Source: Minisyncoccota bacterium
Lineage (GTDB): Bacteria > Patescibacteriota > Minisyncoccia > Phycocordibacterales > GCA-2401445
NCBI GenBank assembly: GCA_040879725.1
Contig: JBBDJV010000018.1
Span: 16,748 to 80,747, forward strand
Reading direction: 5' to 3'
DNA length: 64,000 nucleotides
Under the pieces are notes generated by a model. The model made no database searches, had not been told where the DNA came from, and saw nothing but the letters and a program-made list of their open reading frames with translations. Both the position numbers and the translations under genes were made by a program. Below, piece after piece: positions 19,692-30,075 of this stretch; within the stretch, counting starts at the first letter, position 1; each line of letters starts with the position of its first letter.

Positions 19692-19724
19692 AAAAAAATA
19701 ACCACCAGTGGTGGTTATTTTTTA
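19692..19724. terminator. Bidirectional intrinsic terminator
   Basis: aaaaaaATAACCACCAgtGGTGGTTATttttt. Confidence 0.7.
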
Positions 19725-19730
19725 GCATAG

Positions 19731-20108
19731 TTATTTTTTAGCAGATGTTTTCTTTGGAGTTTTCTTCTGTTTTGTTGCTTGTTTCAAACCCTTTTCGATT
19801 CTGCTCCATGCTGATTTCAAATCACTTGCCAGCCCTTGTATTTCACTTTTATCAATATCGGGCATTTTTTCATACTTTGCAATCACTGACGAAACGATTG
19901 CATCATACTTATCCTTGCTTATATCCTTCATTTTCTCAACACGATCTAGTACATCGCCCTTGGCTTTCAAAGCCCACCCACGAACAGCCTTTCTTTTTTG
20001 CTTGCCCTGTTCGGTTCCATAGAGAAAATATGCGCCGAGTGCTCCTGCGGTTACCGCAAGAAGTGAAAAACCTAACGTGTGGTTATTTTGTTTCTTTTTA
20101 TTTGGCAT
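19731..20108 (-). CDS. YtxH-like small membrane/stress protein
   Basis: N-terminal TM, Lys-rich coiled C-terminus; adjacent to a DUF948-like gene as in Firmicutes ytxG-ytxH. Confidence 0.4.
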   Translation of the reverse strand: MPNKKKQNNHTLGFSLLAVTAGALGAYFLYGTEQGKQKRKAVRGWALKAKGDVLDRVEKMKDISKDKYDAIVSSVIAKYEKMPDIDKSEIQGLASDLKSAWSRIEKGLKQATKQKKTPKKTSAKK

Positions 20109-20112
20109 AAAA

Positions 20113-20406
20113 TTAATCTTTTTTCTTTTTCCTTTTAGTTTTGTTAGTAAATCCCCTGCGCACTACCGCTACGACTAAGGACAGCAGGTGTCGCATTTTT
20201 ATTCCTTCTGACTTCATTTTAGCATGTGCGAGCTTAATATCATAGAGCAACGCATCACCTTCTTCTTTTACCGCGCCTGCAATATGGTCAATTCTTCGAA
20301 TTATTCTAATTACATAAAACAGAATAATAAGCAGACAGATGCCCACCACTGCCACGAGTATTGAAGTTATGAAGAAGAAAATGTCTGCCTGCATCAAGTC
20401 AGTCAT
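20113..20406 (-). CDS. DUF948-like small membrane protein
   Basis: Single N-terminal TM then an amphipathic region; 97 aa. Confidence 0.4.
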   Translation of the reverse strand: MTDLMQADIFFFITSILVAVVGICLLIILFYVIRIIRRIDHIAGAVKEEGDALLYDIKLAHAKMKSEGIKMRHLLSLVVAVVRRGFTNKTKRKKKKD

Positions 20407-20409
20407 ATA

Positions 20410-20898
20410 TTATAATTTTTGCTCTGGTAGTGTTTCCACAACCTTGAATTTAACCGAAATTACACTCCCATCCTCTTGGCTGTAGGCACTGTCTACCTCA
20501 GAATCAAACACTCTGTTTCCGTTGTCTCTATGCATCACAGCAAAGTATTCACTACCAAGAAAAAGTGGTTCGCTTAACTCTATGTCACCCGGGCCCGTTC
20601 CATCTCTAAAGTATTTTGCTCCGATATTTTTTCCGAGTGATCCATTCTCGTTTGTGTATATAACCACAAACCCTCCTTCCGCAAAAGTTGCTGAAGAAAT
20701 AAATACAATAGAACCCGGAGGTTGATCGGTTATTGTAATCCTATTACCTGACGACGAAACAACCTCAGAATTATTGTTTTCTTTCTCGGGCGGAGCTTCG
20801 CTACTTGAACCACCGAAACGAACAATTGCATATACAAGTCCCGAAACAAGGAGAGCTAGAACAATAATAGTTATGATGGTATTTTTTGAGTTTTCCAT
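20410..20898 (-). CDS. Secreted hypothetical protein
   Basis: N-terminal TM/signal anchor, 162 aa. Confidence 0.5.
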   Translation of the reverse strand: MENSKNTIITIIVLALLVSGLVYAIVRFGGSSSEAPPEKENNNSEVVSSSGNRITITDQPPGSIVFISSATFAEGGFVVIYTNENGSLGKNIGAKYFRDGTGPGDIELSEPLFLGSEYFAVMHRDNGNRVFDSEVDSAYSQEDGSVISVKFKVVETLPEQKL

Positions 20899-20939
20899 AT
20901 TTCTAGTATATCACTTATATAGCTGCAGGAGTATCATCT

Positions 20940-21959
20940 TCATTTTTTTTGTTCTTCTACCGCAGGAATTTGCTTGTAGATATGCAGTAGTGCGAAAAAG
21001 AGACTCACTACCAACGGACCATACAAGAAGCCAATTGGACCAAACATGAGCAGTCCACCAAGAACTGAGAAGAGAATTATGAGTGCGTGAATTTGTTGCC
21101 CACGACCATAGAAGTAAGGAATAAGTACATTATCAACCAAACCAACAAGAACCACTCCCCATGTCAAAAGACCAAGAGGATAGATAAAACCACCTGTTTG
21201 GAAGTAAAGATATACTATCGCAGGAAGGATCACTAACCCTGTCCCAATACCCGGAATAAAAGCTGAAATACAAGCGATAGCTCCCCATAAAATTGCATTT
21301 GGTACACCGAATATAAAGAGTCCGATACCAACCAATAACCCTTGCGCTATACCAACTGCAATTGATCCTACAATAACCGCATGCACTGTTTGTCTGAGGC
21401 GTCCGATAATCTCCCTGTCGGAACCATCAGATAGAGGTGAAAGATTGATAAGGGTTTCTCTAAACTTTTCTCCGTCTCTAATGAAAAAGAAGAGAGCGAT
21501 AATTCCAAGTATAAACTGGAATACTGTGTGTGCGGTACTTGAAAAGACCGTGCCTAAACGCTCACCTATCCATACTACTGACTGCTTGGCAATTCCCTCG
21601 ACATCCAGCTCGAAATCAGGAACAAACCGAGTTAGTACTCCATTTGCATGTTCAGTAAGCTGTTTTACATATTCAAATCCCGAAGCACTCACTGAGAGAG
21701 ACTGTTCTACTAATTCTGAAATAAGAAAACCGAGCGGAACAACAACCAGTATAATAACACCAAGAACAATAAGCGCGGATGCTATATTTCGTGGAACTTT
21801 CTTATTAACCAATTTACGGTATGCGGGACGTACAAGCATCGCTAAAATTAAAGAAATAGCAATAACATTTACAAATGGCCACATGACCATTCCCGTCAAA
21901 ACAAGCACACCTATAAAAAGAACCGAGAAAAAATAAAGTTGAAATCTATTCATTTGCAT
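20940..21959 (-). CDS. AI-2E family transporter (PerM/UPF0118)
   Basis: 339 aa, 7-8 TMs with the characteristic N-terminal topology. Confidence 0.7.
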   Translation of the reverse strand: MQMNRFQLYFFSVLFIGVLVLTGMVMWPFVNVIAISLILAMLVRPAYRKLVNKKVPRNIASALIVLGVIILVVVPLGFLISELVEQSLSVSASGFEYVKQLTEHANGVLTRFVPDFELDVEGIAKQSVVWIGERLGTVFSSTAHTVFQFILGIIALFFFIRDGEKFRETLINLSPLSDGSDREIIGRLRQTVHAVIVGSIAVGIAQGLLVGIGLFIFGVPNAILWGAIACISAFIPGIGTGLVILPAIVYLYFQTGGFIYPLGLLTWGVVLVGLVDNVLIPYFYGRGQQIHALIILFSVLGGLLMFGPIGFLYGPLVVSLFFALLHIYKQIPAVEEQKK

Positions 21960-21978
21960 ACTGTAATAGTATCACATT

Positions 21979-22515
21979 TTGAGTATACTATGGTATATGA
22001 TCATAAAGAAAGCACCCCTGCTCTATATCGGTTTTTCCGTTTTATTTTTGGCAATTATTATCCTCTTTTCAACAACAAGAACCACAGAAGCTCCGGCCCT
22101 AACGGAGTCTGATGGAGCTCTGGAAACTATCCCAGAAATGGCACTTTATGATATAGAAAATGTCTTACACGAACTTACAAGTTTTATCGGTACAAAGGTA
22201 CTTATCGTGTCGTGGGCTACCTGGTCACCTTTTTCTGAAGGAGCGCTCAGTCAAGCAAGTGAGCTTCATAATTCACTCACAAATGTAACTATCGTAACCA
22301 TAAACAGAGCTGAGTCCCGCGGACGGATAAAGCAATATGTTGAACGTAGCTCGTTTAGTGGACCACTCCATCTCACAGATCCACAAGACCATTTTTTCAA
22401 AACCGTGGCAGGGTATGATGTACCTGAATTTCTTATTTATAATGAAAAAGGAGAGCTCACGCACCACCTACGCGGACCACAGGAAAAAGATTTGCTTCTT
22501 ACTTTACTTGAATAA
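21979..22515 (+). CDS. Membrane-anchored thioredoxin-fold (TlpA-like) protein lacking CxxC
   Basis: KVLIVSWATWSPFS sits where TlpA has WATWCxPC; redox-inactive variant. Confidence 0.45.
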   Translation: MSILWYMIIKKAPLLYIGFSVLFLAIIILFSTTRTTEAPALTESDGALETIPEMALYDIENVLHELTSFIGTKVLIVSWATWSPFSEGALSQASELHNSLTNVTIVTINRAESRGRIKQYVERSSFSGPLHLTDPQDHFFKTVAGYDVPEFLIYNEKGELTHHLRGPQEKDLLLTLLE

Positions 22516-22537
22516 AATAAATAGAAAAACTGTACTT

Positions 22538-23458
22538 CTATTTTTCTCTTAGTGTAGTGTTTACCACCTGCAACACTTGAGCTTTTCGAATTTCAGAAGA
22601 AGATTGACCAATATCTTCTTTAGCCAGTCCTTCTTGTAGTTGTACCTTAAGTGCGTTTACCTCTGTATCTTTCCGTGCAAATATGTGCCACCAAGGAAAC
22701 TTTACCTTAACTCTTGGCTGGTTGTTTATTTGGTTTTGAAGCTCAATGGAAATTTCTTGATTAAGTGTTATTGGAATAAAACCAAGTAGCTTAACTTGGC
22801 TCTCATAGTTAATTGCAACCCTCTTATCATTTATAACAATCGTATTAACCTTTTCATCAGTCTGAGCTACGCGTTGCGCATATTCATCGAGGTCTTCCCA
22901 GGAAGAAACCATTTCAGGTGACGGAGTTGTCGCAGTACTCTTTCTTTGAGAATTCTCCTCAGGAGAACCTGTGATTTTCATCTCTTCTACATTTTCACTT
23001 TTTTCTGTCAATTCAGATTCAGTAGTTGAAGTGCCATTTTCACTTTCAGTAGCCATCAGGGTTACTATTTCTTCACTTGTACTTGCTCCCTCCATTCGAA
23101 CAACGGAGCCGATAATAACAATCTCTCTTTCTTCTTTCTTCTGACCTTCTGTACTGCTTGCAGTAGAGGTGCTCAATTCATTTGTCGAACTTGCTGTAGA
23201 AGTAGCTACTGTAGGTAATGCTGATGTGCTTGTTGTGGTACCAGAAAAACCAACCTCAGTCGTACTTGTTGAAGTTGTTGCAACCAAACTGCCTGTTGTT
23301 GCTGATTCTTTCTCTGTTGTACTACCTACTACCACTTCACCGCCATACAATAGTGGCATGGAAACACCCTTAGAAACATTCGCTTCTTCTGCTGAAACAG
23401 CGAATGGTAGTGTAAGTACAGCGAGTACCACATATAGTGGCCACGTTGATTTTTTCAT
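22538..23458 (-). CDS. Ser/Thr-rich secreted protein with conserved C-terminal GFIP...PWW domain
   Basis: Signal peptide; low-complexity S/T/E-rich middle; the C-terminus (YESQVKLLGFIPITLNQ...VKVKFPWWHIFARKD) is paralogous to the C-terminus of 36504-37283. Confidence 0.55.
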   Translation of the reverse strand: MKKSTWPLYVVLAVLTLPFAVSAEEANVSKGVSMPLLYGGEVVVGSTTEKESATTGSLVATTSTSTTEVGFSGTTTSTSALPTVATSTASSTNELSTSTASSTEGQKKEEREIVIIGSVVRMEGASTSEEIVTLMATESENGTSTTESELTEKSENVEEMKITGSPEENSQRKSTATTPSPEMVSSWEDLDEYAQRVAQTDEKVNTIVINDKRVAINYESQVKLLGFIPITLNQEISIELQNQINNQPRVKVKFPWWHIFARKDTEVNALKVQLQEGLAKEDIGQSSSEIRKAQVLQVVNTTLREK

Positions 23459-23607
23459 AGAAAACTAAACGATAATTTGAATGTCAGATGATCCTACAAC
23501 CGAAATTTCTTACTTTCCTCTGACTAATGGATTATACCACATTTTCAAGAATATTCCAATATATTGCTCCTTTTACTGAAATACGCCTATTGCTAGGCGT
23601 ATTTAGA

Positions 23608-24144
23608 CTATTGTATATCCACAAGCTCTACATCAAAGAAAAGGGTTGCATTAGGTGGAATTGGACCTCCCGGAGTACCTGCTTCTCCATACGCAAGATC
23701 CGGTGGAATAGTAAGCTTTCTTTTTTCACCTATTTTCATTCCAACAATACCCTGATCCCAACCTTTAATCACCTGCCCAACACCTAGCGTAAATGCAATA
23801 GGTTGTTTGCGAGGGATACTTGAATCAAACACCTCTCCATTCTGAAGTGTTCCGGTATAGTGCACATGAGCAACTTCTCCATTCTTAATTTCAGCACCAT
23901 CTCCTTCTGCTATCACCTCGATAGTTAATTTTTCATCCATATTATTTTCTGATTCATTATTTGATAACTCTGATTGCTCTTCGTCTGGCACAGGGAGAGC
24001 ATCCCCTACACGTGCTTGTGAAGAATACGAAGTTTCTTCCATCTCACTATTGATATCTTCTTCGGGTCTCTCTTGCGTCATCACCACTCCAACCCCGACA
24101 AGAGCGACAATAATTACAACACCGATACTTATATGCTTTACCAT
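23608..24144 (-). CDS. FKBP-type peptidyl-prolyl cis-trans isomerase, membrane-anchored
   Basis: [21 protein letters not shown]...[36 protein letters not shown]; terminator hairpin immediately downstream. Confidence 0.9.
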   Translation of the reverse strand: MVKHISIGVVIIVALVGVGVVMTQERPEEDINSEMEETSYSSQARVGDALPVPDEEQSELSNNESENNMDEKLTIEVIAEGDGAEIKNGEVAHVHYTGTLQNGEVFDSSIPRKQPIAFTLGVGQVIKGWDQGIVGMKIGEKRKLTIPPDLAYGEAGTPGGPIPPNATLFFDVELVDIQ

Positions 24145-24263
24145 TACAAATTCAACACAATTACTAACAATGTAACTATCCTACCATATTCATGTCTAAA
24201 ATTCAGTAGTGTACATCAACACTTTTATTCTCTTTTTTGCTATACTGTCAGTACATTTACACC

Positions 24264-24758
24264 ATGAATACTCATCGCGGATTTACACTAGTCGAAATAC
24301 TAATTACCATTGCTATTATCGGTATTCTTTCCAGTATAATTTTAGTAAATGTAACCAGCGCTCGAGAGCGTGCCATGATTGCAAAAGCAGAGCTTGAAAT
24401 TAGAAGTCTTAGAAACAGTGTTCTTCTTCTCTCCGATGACACCAGGCTGTGGCCTGGCGGACAAGATATTGATGTTGTTGCATGTAGCGGAACCGGAAAC
24501 GAGGTAATGGACCTCTCTACCGGTTCTGCTGGTATCCTCTCAAACGACGGAACATTTGGTTCTACATGGAATGGTCCTTACGCACAAGAAGTCCCAACAG
24601 ACCCATGGGGAAGAAACTATTTTTTTGACACAGATTACAGTATGGGCGGTAATAGTTGGATAGTTGCTGTTGGGTCACTCGGGCCAAACGGTGGAGACCT
24701 TGGTGACTACGACAGTGATAATATTGTATATGTTGTTGCAAGTTCTACCTGTCCGTAA
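24264..24758 (+). CDS. Type IV pilin / pseudopilin (prepilin N-methylation motif)
   Basis: MNTHRGFTLVEILITIAIIGILSSI. Confidence 0.85.
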   Translation: MNTHRGFTLVEILITIAIIGILSSIILVNVTSARERAMIAKAELEIRSLRNSVLLLSDDTRLWPGGQDIDVVACSGTGNEVMDLSTGSAGILSNDGTFGSTWNGPYAQEVPTDPWGRNYFFDTDYSMGGNSWIVAVGSLGPNGGDLGDYDSDNIVYVVASSTCP

Positions 24759-24822
24759 CATACGAATACGGGCTCTTTTTATGCTACACTGAGTATACTT
24801 ACTAGTCATAATCATTCACTCT

Positions 24823-25191
24823 ATGATTGAACATCTCCCTTTTTTACTCGGAAAATTATTATTTGGTGGTTTCTTTGTATTTTTTGGACTGCAACACTTT
24901 TTAAAACTACAGGCGATGAGCTCGTATGCGAAGTCAAAAGGTATTCCCCAACCAAAAACATCAACAATACTTTCCGGACTACTTATCATTGCCGGAGGTC
25001 TTGGTGTTATGTTTGAATACCACATGTCAGTTTCTTTGATCTTCATTGTCCTCTTTTTAATTCCAACATCAATTTTAATGCACAATTTCTGGACATGTAC
25101 GACACCTGAAGATAGGCAAACTGAGTTTACCCAATTCATGAAAAATATTGCTCTTGCTGGAGGCGCGCTAATGCTCTACTCGCTCATATAG
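24823..25191 (+). CDS. DoxX family membrane protein
   Basis: 122 aa, 4 TMs, MHNFW motif. Confidence 0.65.
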   Translation: MIEHLPFLLGKLLFGGFFVFFGLQHFLKLQAMSSYAKSKGIPQPKTSTILSGLLIIAGGLGVMFEYHMSVSLIFIVLFLIPTSILMHNFWTCTTPEDRQTEFTQFMKNIALAGGALMLYSLI

Positions 25192-25579
25192 AAACACCCC
25201 TCGAATACGCGTAGGTATCGAGGGGTGGTTGCTAGAGTTCGAAAAAAGGAGCTTGTACAACAGAAACAAGCAGAACTTCTACCACATTAAAAAGGGTGAT
25301 CAACATGGTTTCGAACTCTTTGAAAACCGGGGCCATAATCAACTTAAGTGCGATAAGTACAAGCACGAAGCCCAGAGCCCTAAAAATCTTCATACAAGCT
25401 TGAGAGAAGCTGGTGTTATTTAGGTGTGCGACTTCACACTCGGACTTAATCGTCCTACAACCCCCCTCACACCTACACAGATATCTGTGCACATGCGAAG
25501 GGGTGTTGCTTATGGCTATGTAAAAAACTCATACACCATTGGGAATATACCAAACAGATGTATCTGCTATAGTAATATC

Positions 25580-26116
25580 ATGGAATATATAAATGTGCTA
25601 GTTCGTGACACGGTAATGCTCTATTGGGGAACTTCTTTTTCTGATACCGTGGTACAGCTCAGCACTATTATAAATACCCCATTCTTCTGCGGAGTTGTCG
25701 TTCTCTATGTTCTCCTTCTTCTTGCACAAGGTAAACAAAAACAAGTACTTATAACACTCACCGCTATCGCGCTTGCATTTATTTTTGCCTATTTACTGAA
25801 AATATCGCTCGCCATACCACGACCGGAGGTATCACTTGTTTGGGAGAAAGGGTTTGGTTTTCCAAGTATGCACGCGACACTTAGTGCAACATTTCTATTT
25901 CTATTTGCGCACATTTCTATAGAGCAAATTCACAATAAATTCTGGCACACTACCCTGCTAGTGCTAAGTATTATTCTCGGATTACTAATAGGCTTTAGCA
26001 GAGTATTCCTTCAAGTTCACAGTATTGACCAAGTAATTGCAGGGTTCCTACTCGGACTTACTGTTGCTTTTTTGACAACATTTATCTTTGAGCATACGAA
26101 GAAGAAACGTCGGTAA
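25580..26116 (+). CDS. PAP2 family phosphatase (phosphatidic acid phosphatase type 2)
   Basis: KISLAIPRPE ... PSMHA ... SRVFLQVHSIDQVIAG, the KxxxxxxRP / PSGH / SRxxxxxHxxxD signature. Start chosen at MEYINV; the track ORF starts further upstream. Confidence 0.7.
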   Translation: MEYINVLVRDTVMLYWGTSFSDTVVQLSTIINTPFFCGVVVLYVLLLLAQGKQKQVLITLTAIALAFIFAYLLKISLAIPRPEVSLVWEKGFGFPSMHATLSATFLFLFAHISIEQIHNKFWHTTLLVLSIILGLLIGFSRVFLQVHSIDQVIAGFLLGLTVAFLTTFIFEHTKKKRR

Positions 26117-26130
26117 CAAAAAGTTTGCTA

Positions 26131-27294
26131 CTAGTGAGAATGGATATGCCCATGACTTATATCATCCTCCAGCTCATCTCGTTCTCCCACCCCATATCGC
26201 GTTACCCAAAAACACGCAAGGAAAGTCGAAAGAGGAACAGTAGCGATTAAGCCAACACTTCCAACAAGTGTACGCACAATCTCTGTTGCAAAGACTTCTT
26301 GGTTAATAATAGTCACAAATGATGCGCTTGAAGTACTGAAAAGAAGTAATAACGGAAGAGATACACCGGTGTATGCTAATACAAGCGTATTCACAAGCGC
26401 CGAAACGTGCTCTCGCCCAACACGAAGAGCTCGCATATACAGAGAGCGGAATGACATATTTGGAGCAACACGTGCTAATTCATACACCACCGCAACTTGC
26501 GTTATAGCAATATCATCGAGCACTCCCAAAATACCGATAATTATCCCTCCGAGAAGCAAACCCTTGAAATCTAGAGTGCCGAATGTATTGAAGTTAAGAA
26601 AGACAGCTTCTTCACTGGAGAACCCACTTAAATGACTTATATATATAGCAAATGATGCTAAAAAAGTTGTGAATATTACCGCACTCACGGTAGACACAAA
26701 TGCGAGAGTGGATTTCATTGTGACTCCATGGGTGAAAAAAAGAGCAAGAGCAAGTACGCACGCCGAAACAAGAGCACTAGCCAGTACCGGAGACATGCCC
26801 CCTCTGATCAAAGGAAGTAGTAGAAAGACAATGGCGCACAAACTCAGCGACAAACTAAGCAGTGAGCGCACTCCTTGTTTTTTTCCAAGTAATAGTACTG
26901 CGAGAATAAAAATAATAACCACCCATAGCAATCCACCTAATCGGTCAATGTCTCTCACGGTATATATTTCTTCTCCGGATATCGGTACGAGATAGTTCAG
27001 GTAAAAAACTTGCCCTTCTTTTAGTACAAGATAATCATTAATTACCTCTACAACCTCTCCCTTCTTTTCTCCATCAAGGATTTCAGCTTGGATTGTCTGT
27101 ATTGTTTGCACTCGCTCTGTACCAGGTAAAACCTCCTCGTATGCTGATGAAATTTCAACAACACGTGCCTTAAGCACTCCTTGTGTATCACGATGTAATT
27201 CCTGAGCAAAAATACTTCCCGGGAAAAGGAACAATGCCATGCAAAAAAGCACAGCGGAAATGCGGTGCTTTTTTGTAGGTACAATACTAATCAT
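26131..27294 (-). CDS. YibE/F family membrane protein
   Basis: N-terminal signal/TM, extracytoplasmic domain, then a multi-TM C-terminal half. Confidence 0.55.
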   Translation of the reverse strand: MISIVPTKKHRISAVLFCMALFLFPGSIFAQELHRDTQGVLKARVVEISSAYEEVLPGTERVQTIQTIQAEILDGEKKGEVVEVINDYLVLKEGQVFYLNYLVPISGEEIYTVRDIDRLGGLLWVVIIFILAVLLLGKKQGVRSLLSLSLSLCAIVFLLLPLIRGGMSPVLASALVSACVLALALFFTHGVTMKSTLAFVSTVSAVIFTTFLASFAIYISHLSGFSSEEAVFLNFNTFGTLDFKGLLLGGIIIGILGVLDDIAITQVAVVYELARVAPNMSFRSLYMRALRVGREHVSALVNTLVLAYTGVSLPLLLLFSTSSASFVTIINQEVFATEIVRTLVGSVGLIATVPLSTFLACFWVTRYGVGERDELEDDISHGHIHSH

Positions 27295-27302
27295 AGCGCT
27301 AC

Positions 27303-28043
27303 TTATCTTCGCTGTTTCGCAATCTCAATTATTGCTTCAATAGTTGCTTGATCTTGTGCTCCGTTAATCGGTCCCTTATCTCCATTTGGTGCAATCACAA
27401 TACTCCACGGTGTTCCTCTTCCTCCAGTACTTGCCGCTTCGTCATAGTGCGCCTGAATAAGTGCATCATGCTTTCCACTCTCGAGACACTCAGCAAAATC
27501 CTGTGCATTCAAACCTAGCTCACTAACCATTTGTGGGAAAAGTTCATCTTGATTGGTTCGGTTATTTGTTAGTGTTCGCTCATAGTACATATCGGTAAAT
27601 GCCCAGAACATATCGTCACCTCCCTGATCATACGCACACTCTGACGCTACAGAAGCGCGACGTGCTTTTACAGGATGAAGCTGTTCAAGAGGAAAGTGTC
27701 TATACACCCACGCAACTTCACCATCATACTTCTCTACTATAGCGTGCAATGTTCCGTGATGTCGCTGACAGAAAGGACATTCAAAATCAGAATACTCAAC
27801 AATTACCACATCAGCATCTCTGTTACCGAGTACATGATCTCTATCGCTGATTGGTTTTACATTATCAAGCGGGTTTGCTTCTATCGCATCATTTGCTGAT
27901 GCACTCTGGTTTCCGGCAGAATTGCCTACTTGATTATTGTATATAAGGACCCCTGAAACCATTACAAAACCGATAAGTATTGCTACCGGAGTTGAGAGGA
28001 AACTTGAAGACTGCTTTGTGTTTGTTTGTTGTTCTGTATCCAT
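27303..28043 (-). CDS. DsbA family thiol:disulfide oxidoreductase, membrane-anchored
   Basis: DFECPFCQRHH CxxC active site in a thioredoxin fold, with an N-terminal TM. Confidence 0.8.
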   Translation of the reverse strand: MDTEQQTNTKQSSSFLSTPVAILIGFVMVSGVLIYNNQVGNSAGNQSASANDAIEANPLDNVKPISDRDHVLGNRDADVVIVEYSDFECPFCQRHHGTLHAIVEKYDGEVAWVYRHFPLEQLHPVKARRASVASECAYDQGGDDMFWAFTDMYYERTLTNNRTNQDELFPQMVSELGLNAQDFAECLESGKHDALIQAHYDEAASTGGRGTPWSIVIAPNGDKGPINGAQDQATIEAIIEIAKQRR

Positions 28044-28090
28044 ATAATTTATATTTTATCTACCAATACTACCTGAAATAACTCTTTCGT

Positions 28091-29335
28091 CTAGAGTTTT
28101 GATATATCCCTAGGATAAAACAAATTTATTGTCCAGTCAAGAGCAATGCGGAGTCGCTTTCTGAATGAGTGAAATTTAAAAAGATAAATAGTTCTCCATA
28201 TATACCACGCAAATGCACCACTCAAACGCACAAAACCTATTTTACCAAGTGCATACCACTCACCCACTGAAACAAGTTCACCTTGAAGCCTGAAATCAAA
28301 AGGTAATAAGCGCTGTTTATGAATAATTCGTGCAATGGTATCCGCAGTAAACTCACCATGTCGCACCGCAACTTGCGCGAGTTGTGGCATTGCTTCCCCA
28401 CGGTCATTCTTTGATGAAGCGACATCTCCCACGACAAAAATATTCTTGTCGTTACCTGTTTGCAAAAACTCATTCACTATCACCCTCCCTCGTGGATCAC
28501 GCTCAAATGTTTCCGGAAGAAACTGTGTATTAGGCTCTACTCCAGCAGTCCACACTACCGTTCGAGCAACAATAGAGTCGCCTCCTTTTAGCTGTACGCC
28601 TTTTTTATTTATCTCCTCCACAGCGGTATTCAGCAACACAGTAACACCCTGTTTTTTAAGTCGCGCGAGCGCTTTCCCTCGAAGTTTTTTGTCGAACTGT
28701 GGTAACAGCTCTCCGCCCATATGTACAAGCGTAACTTGTAGTTTTGAAAAATCTATATCTCTTGGATAGTACTTTTTAAACGTATCTCGAATATATTCAA
28801 TCAATTCTCCTGCGTACTCAACTCCCGTTGGTCCACCTCCTACGATAACAAACGAAAGAAGTTCTTCTTTTTCTTTCTCATCATCAACACATGTCGCTTG
28901 CTCAAATTTATCAATCACATGGTTACGAAGATAAACCGCATCCTCAAGACTTTTTAGTGAATACGCATACGCGTGAGCTCCTGGCGTATTGAAGTAACAA
29001 GCTCGAGAACCAAGAGCATACACAAGATAGTCATAGGAAATATCACCATGGTTAGTTTGGACGGTTTTGTTTTCAGAATTAACACCCAGTACTTCCGCTT
29101 GATAAAAACAGTCATTGGAATCCATAATAGAACGAATAGACTCAACAACGTTTACTGGAGTAAGCGAACCGCTCGCAACTTCATGAAGAAGCGGGGTAAA
29201 TAAAAAGTGGTTTGTCTTATTTACCACTGTGATACTTGCTTCTTTTGAGCGTAATTTCCTCTTCAGCGCTCGGTACGTATACATTCCTGCGAACCCAGCA
29301 CCGAGTATTACTATCTTCTTTTTATCCATAGACAC
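28091..29335 (-). CDS. Type II NADH dehydrogenase (NDH-2) / FAD-dependent pyridine nucleotide-disulfide oxidoreductase
   Basis: Two Rossmann GxGxxG motifs (IVILGAGFAG; VIVGGGPTGVE), 414 aa. Confidence 0.8.
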   Translation of the reverse strand: MSMDKKKIVILGAGFAGMYTYRALKRKLRSKEASITVVNKTNHFLFTPLLHEVASGSLTPVNVVESIRSIMDSNDCFYQAEVLGVNSENKTVQTNHGDISYDYLVYALGSRACYFNTPGAHAYAYSLKSLEDAVYLRNHVIDKFEQATCVDDEKEKEELLSFVIVGGGPTGVEYAGELIEYIRDTFKKYYPRDIDFSKLQVTLVHMGGELLPQFDKKLRGKALARLKKQGVTVLLNTAVEEINKKGVQLKGGDSIVARTVVWTAGVEPNTQFLPETFERDPRGRVIVNEFLQTGNDKNIFVVGDVASSKNDRGEAMPQLAQVAVRHGEFTADTIARIIHKQRLLPFDFRLQGELVSVGEWYALGKIGFVRLSGAFAWYIWRTIYLFKFHSFRKRLRIALDWTINLFYPRDISKL

Positions 29336-29368
29336 TATTATACAAGCGAAATGGAATAAGAAAAAGGT

Positions 29369-30037
29369 TTACGGTTTAGTAACGTGCTTAGTGTTCCTTT
29401 TATGGGGCATTTTCGAAAGCATTTTTTCGATGAATGAAGAGAAGTCAATGTTATCAGCAACCAGCTCACCTATAATCGCAAATGGAATTGCTATCAACAC
29501 CACCAGCCATACTATTTTTAACGTTATGGGCTCTCCCGTGACCAGCCAAACCGCGAGTATGTCTTCGACGATTCCAAAAACAAGTCCAAACAACAAGAAC
29601 TCAAACATAACTTCAAGCTTCTTTGCTGTTTTTCTCCTTGTGCGCTTCTGCTTAGTAAGGAGTGTTGTATCTTCCCACAACACAAGACGGTTTGACTCAG
29701 CATCTTCAATAGTTAGAAATTTACCCGCATCTGTTTCTTCTTCTGTCACCACAGTACAGTCATTTGCTCTACACTGCTCCGTAAACTGCTTTACTGAATT
29801 AACTCTAAAAGCAGGCATCATAGCACCCTTTCCACTTCCTTCTCCTTGAACTATTTTCACAAATGAAAATAGTTCATTCTTAGAATGAATGTCATCGTAA
29901 GGAAAACGTATAATATAACCTTCCCCGTCTTTCGAAACTGAAACACCGAGGGTATTTTTATACCACTCTGAAAGGACCTCCGGATTGAGTGAGGTGATAT
30001 GTATTCCCCCTATCTGCTGAATGTGCGGATGACTCAT
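29369..30037 (-). CDS. VOC/glyoxalase-like domain fused to C-terminal membrane domain
   Basis: N-terminal beta-alpha-beta(3)-like region, then three TM helices. Confidence 0.4.
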   Translation of the reverse strand: MSHPHIQQIGGIHITSLNPEVLSEWYKNTLGVSVSKDGEGYIIRFPYDDIHSKNELFSFVKIVQGEGSGKGAMMPAFRVNSVKQFTEQCRANDCTVVTEEETDAGKFLTIEDAESNRLVLWEDTTLLTKQKRTRRKTAKKLEVMFEFLLFGLVFGIVEDILAVWLVTGEPITLKIVWLVVLIAIPFAIIGELVADNIDFSSFIEKMLSKMPHKRNTKHVTKP

Positions 30038-30075
30038 ATAACCAGTGTATCATGGCGCATAGCTGTATCCTGTGA

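Noticed and set aside
25229-25492. Small ORFs on both strands between the DoxX and PAP2 genes
   Set aside because: They are overlapping, oppositely oriented ORFs in an intergenic region containing a hairpin; neither can be supported.
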